DNA of 64,000 nucleotides from Naegleria gruberi (lineage: Eukaryota): assembly GCA_000004985.1 (NCBI GenBank), contig GG738850.1; one strand, 5' to 3'. Shown piece by piece: positions 63,446 through 64,000 of this stretch (positions are counted from its first letter, which is position 1; the number at the start of each line of letters is the position of its first letter). The position numbers were made by a program, and so were the translations under genes. The notes beneath the pieces were generated by a model, which did no database searches, was not told the origin of the DNA, and saw nothing but the letters and a program-made list of their open reading frames with translations.

Positions 63446-64000
63446 ATGTTCAATCCTTTTAAACCAAAAAACGAGCCAGCAGAGCGCAAATGTATATTAG
63501 AACACTCTATTAACCAAACACTCTACACAATTGATGGTGAAACTTTCTTTAATGAATTAGAGGATGCATCTTCTACTATTCCTTTGGGAAATTATTCTTT
63601 CGATCAATACATCGATCCTTTAATAATAGCTCTTGGGCAACTCATCAATCCTTTTTCCTCACAACAATCCTCTCAGCATCAATTCTTTTTCAACCAACAA
63701 CTTTCTCATACTCCACTACCAACTACAGATCCACAGAAAGAACAGCAAATAATTTCAGAAGCACTAAATACTATCAAAACCTATGTTAATACTTGGACTC
63801 TTAAAAGTTTGAGAAAACACTACTTGCAAAATTATGCCACAGTGGATAAACTATTAATAGAGCTGAGAAGGTGTTTTGACAAGAATAATGTAACTCTTGA
63901 ACAACAAATGATAATATTGTACATTACGCACAAGTTTGCTATTGCTACCTGTGCTCCTCAATTAGTGATGGAGGTTTTAACTTATGGAACATTAATGTTA
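63446..64000 (+). CDS. partial CDS (5' complete, runs off window end): hypothetical protein
   Basis: ATG at 63446. 185 codons, open to the last base of the window. MFNPFKPKNEPAERKCILEHSINQTLYTIDGETFFNELED... Not in the ORF track because no stop is present. No family recognised. Confidence 0.4.
   Translation, partial: MFNPFKPKNEPAERKCILEHSINQTLYTIDGETFFNELEDASSTIPLGNYSFDQYIDPLIIALGQLINPFSSQQSSQHQFFFNQQLSHTPLPTTDPQKEQQIISEALNTIKTYVNTWTLKSLRKHYLQNYATVDKLLIELRRCFDKNNVTLEQQMIILYITHKFAIATCAPQLVMEVLTYGTLML

Overview
This 64-kb window is nuclear DNA from an AT-rich eukaryote (about 35% GC overall, intergenic roughly 20-25%), not a prokaryotic locus. Codon usage is yeast-like (AGA, TTG, GGT, CCA) and many proteins carry N/S/Q/H-rich low-complexity tracts. 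Genes are densely packed, roughly one per 3 kb, and several carry short 5'-biased spliceosomal introns of 44-235 nt. Their donors are GTAAGT, GTATGT or GTACGT and their acceptors YAG. The supplied ORF track accepts TTG/GTG as start codons and shows only complete ORFs, so true ATG starts and partial genes had to be re-derived from the sequence. My splice coordinates, and the tRNA/5S ends and repeat cores read by eye, may be off by 1-2 nt; in one line (the 52308..52679 ORF) my reading did not match the track and I could not reconcile it. Genes I recognise: a single-exon axonemal outer-arm (DNAH5-like) dynein heavy chain of about 13.5 kb, probably preceded by a short 5' exon and a GTATGT intron; phospholipase D; COP9 signalosome subunit 2; a 5-exon exocyst Sec6; an FKBP15/WAFL-like FKBP coiled-coil protein with two 5' introns; Skp1; an ALKBH2-like dioxygenase; a Zn(II)2Cys6 transcription factor whose zinc cluster is split by an intron; a PCIF1-like protein; a Yvh1/DUSP12-like phosphatase with a degenerate active site; several F-box proteins and membrane proteins; and an IFI6/ISG12-like gene. 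RNA genes are two identical tRNA-His(GTG) copies, a tRNA-Asn(GTT) and a dispersed 5S rRNA. An axonemal dynein together with a Gal4-type zinc cluster is consistent with a zoosporic (flagellated) fungus-like opisthokont; I cannot assign a species. The most interesting structure is at 21.7-24.2 kb: a transposon-like unit of about 2.45 kb bounded by a perfect 13-bp inverted repeat (TTAAGGTGGCGGT / ACCGCCACCTTAA). It encodes a 600-670 aa protein with a zinc-ribbon and a tesmin-like CXC tail, and sits about 57 bp upstream of one tRNA-His copy. The second tRNA-His copy lies beside the 5S rRNA gene and a gene whose N-terminus carries Crypton/DIRS-type tyrosine-recombinase motifs (SMRRSGATWAA ... IRWYGW ... 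VYRRYV). Two genes, the IFI6-like gene and the upstream copy of a tandem F-box pair, carry in-frame TAA codons at positions that are conserved sense codons in homologues or in the paralog.
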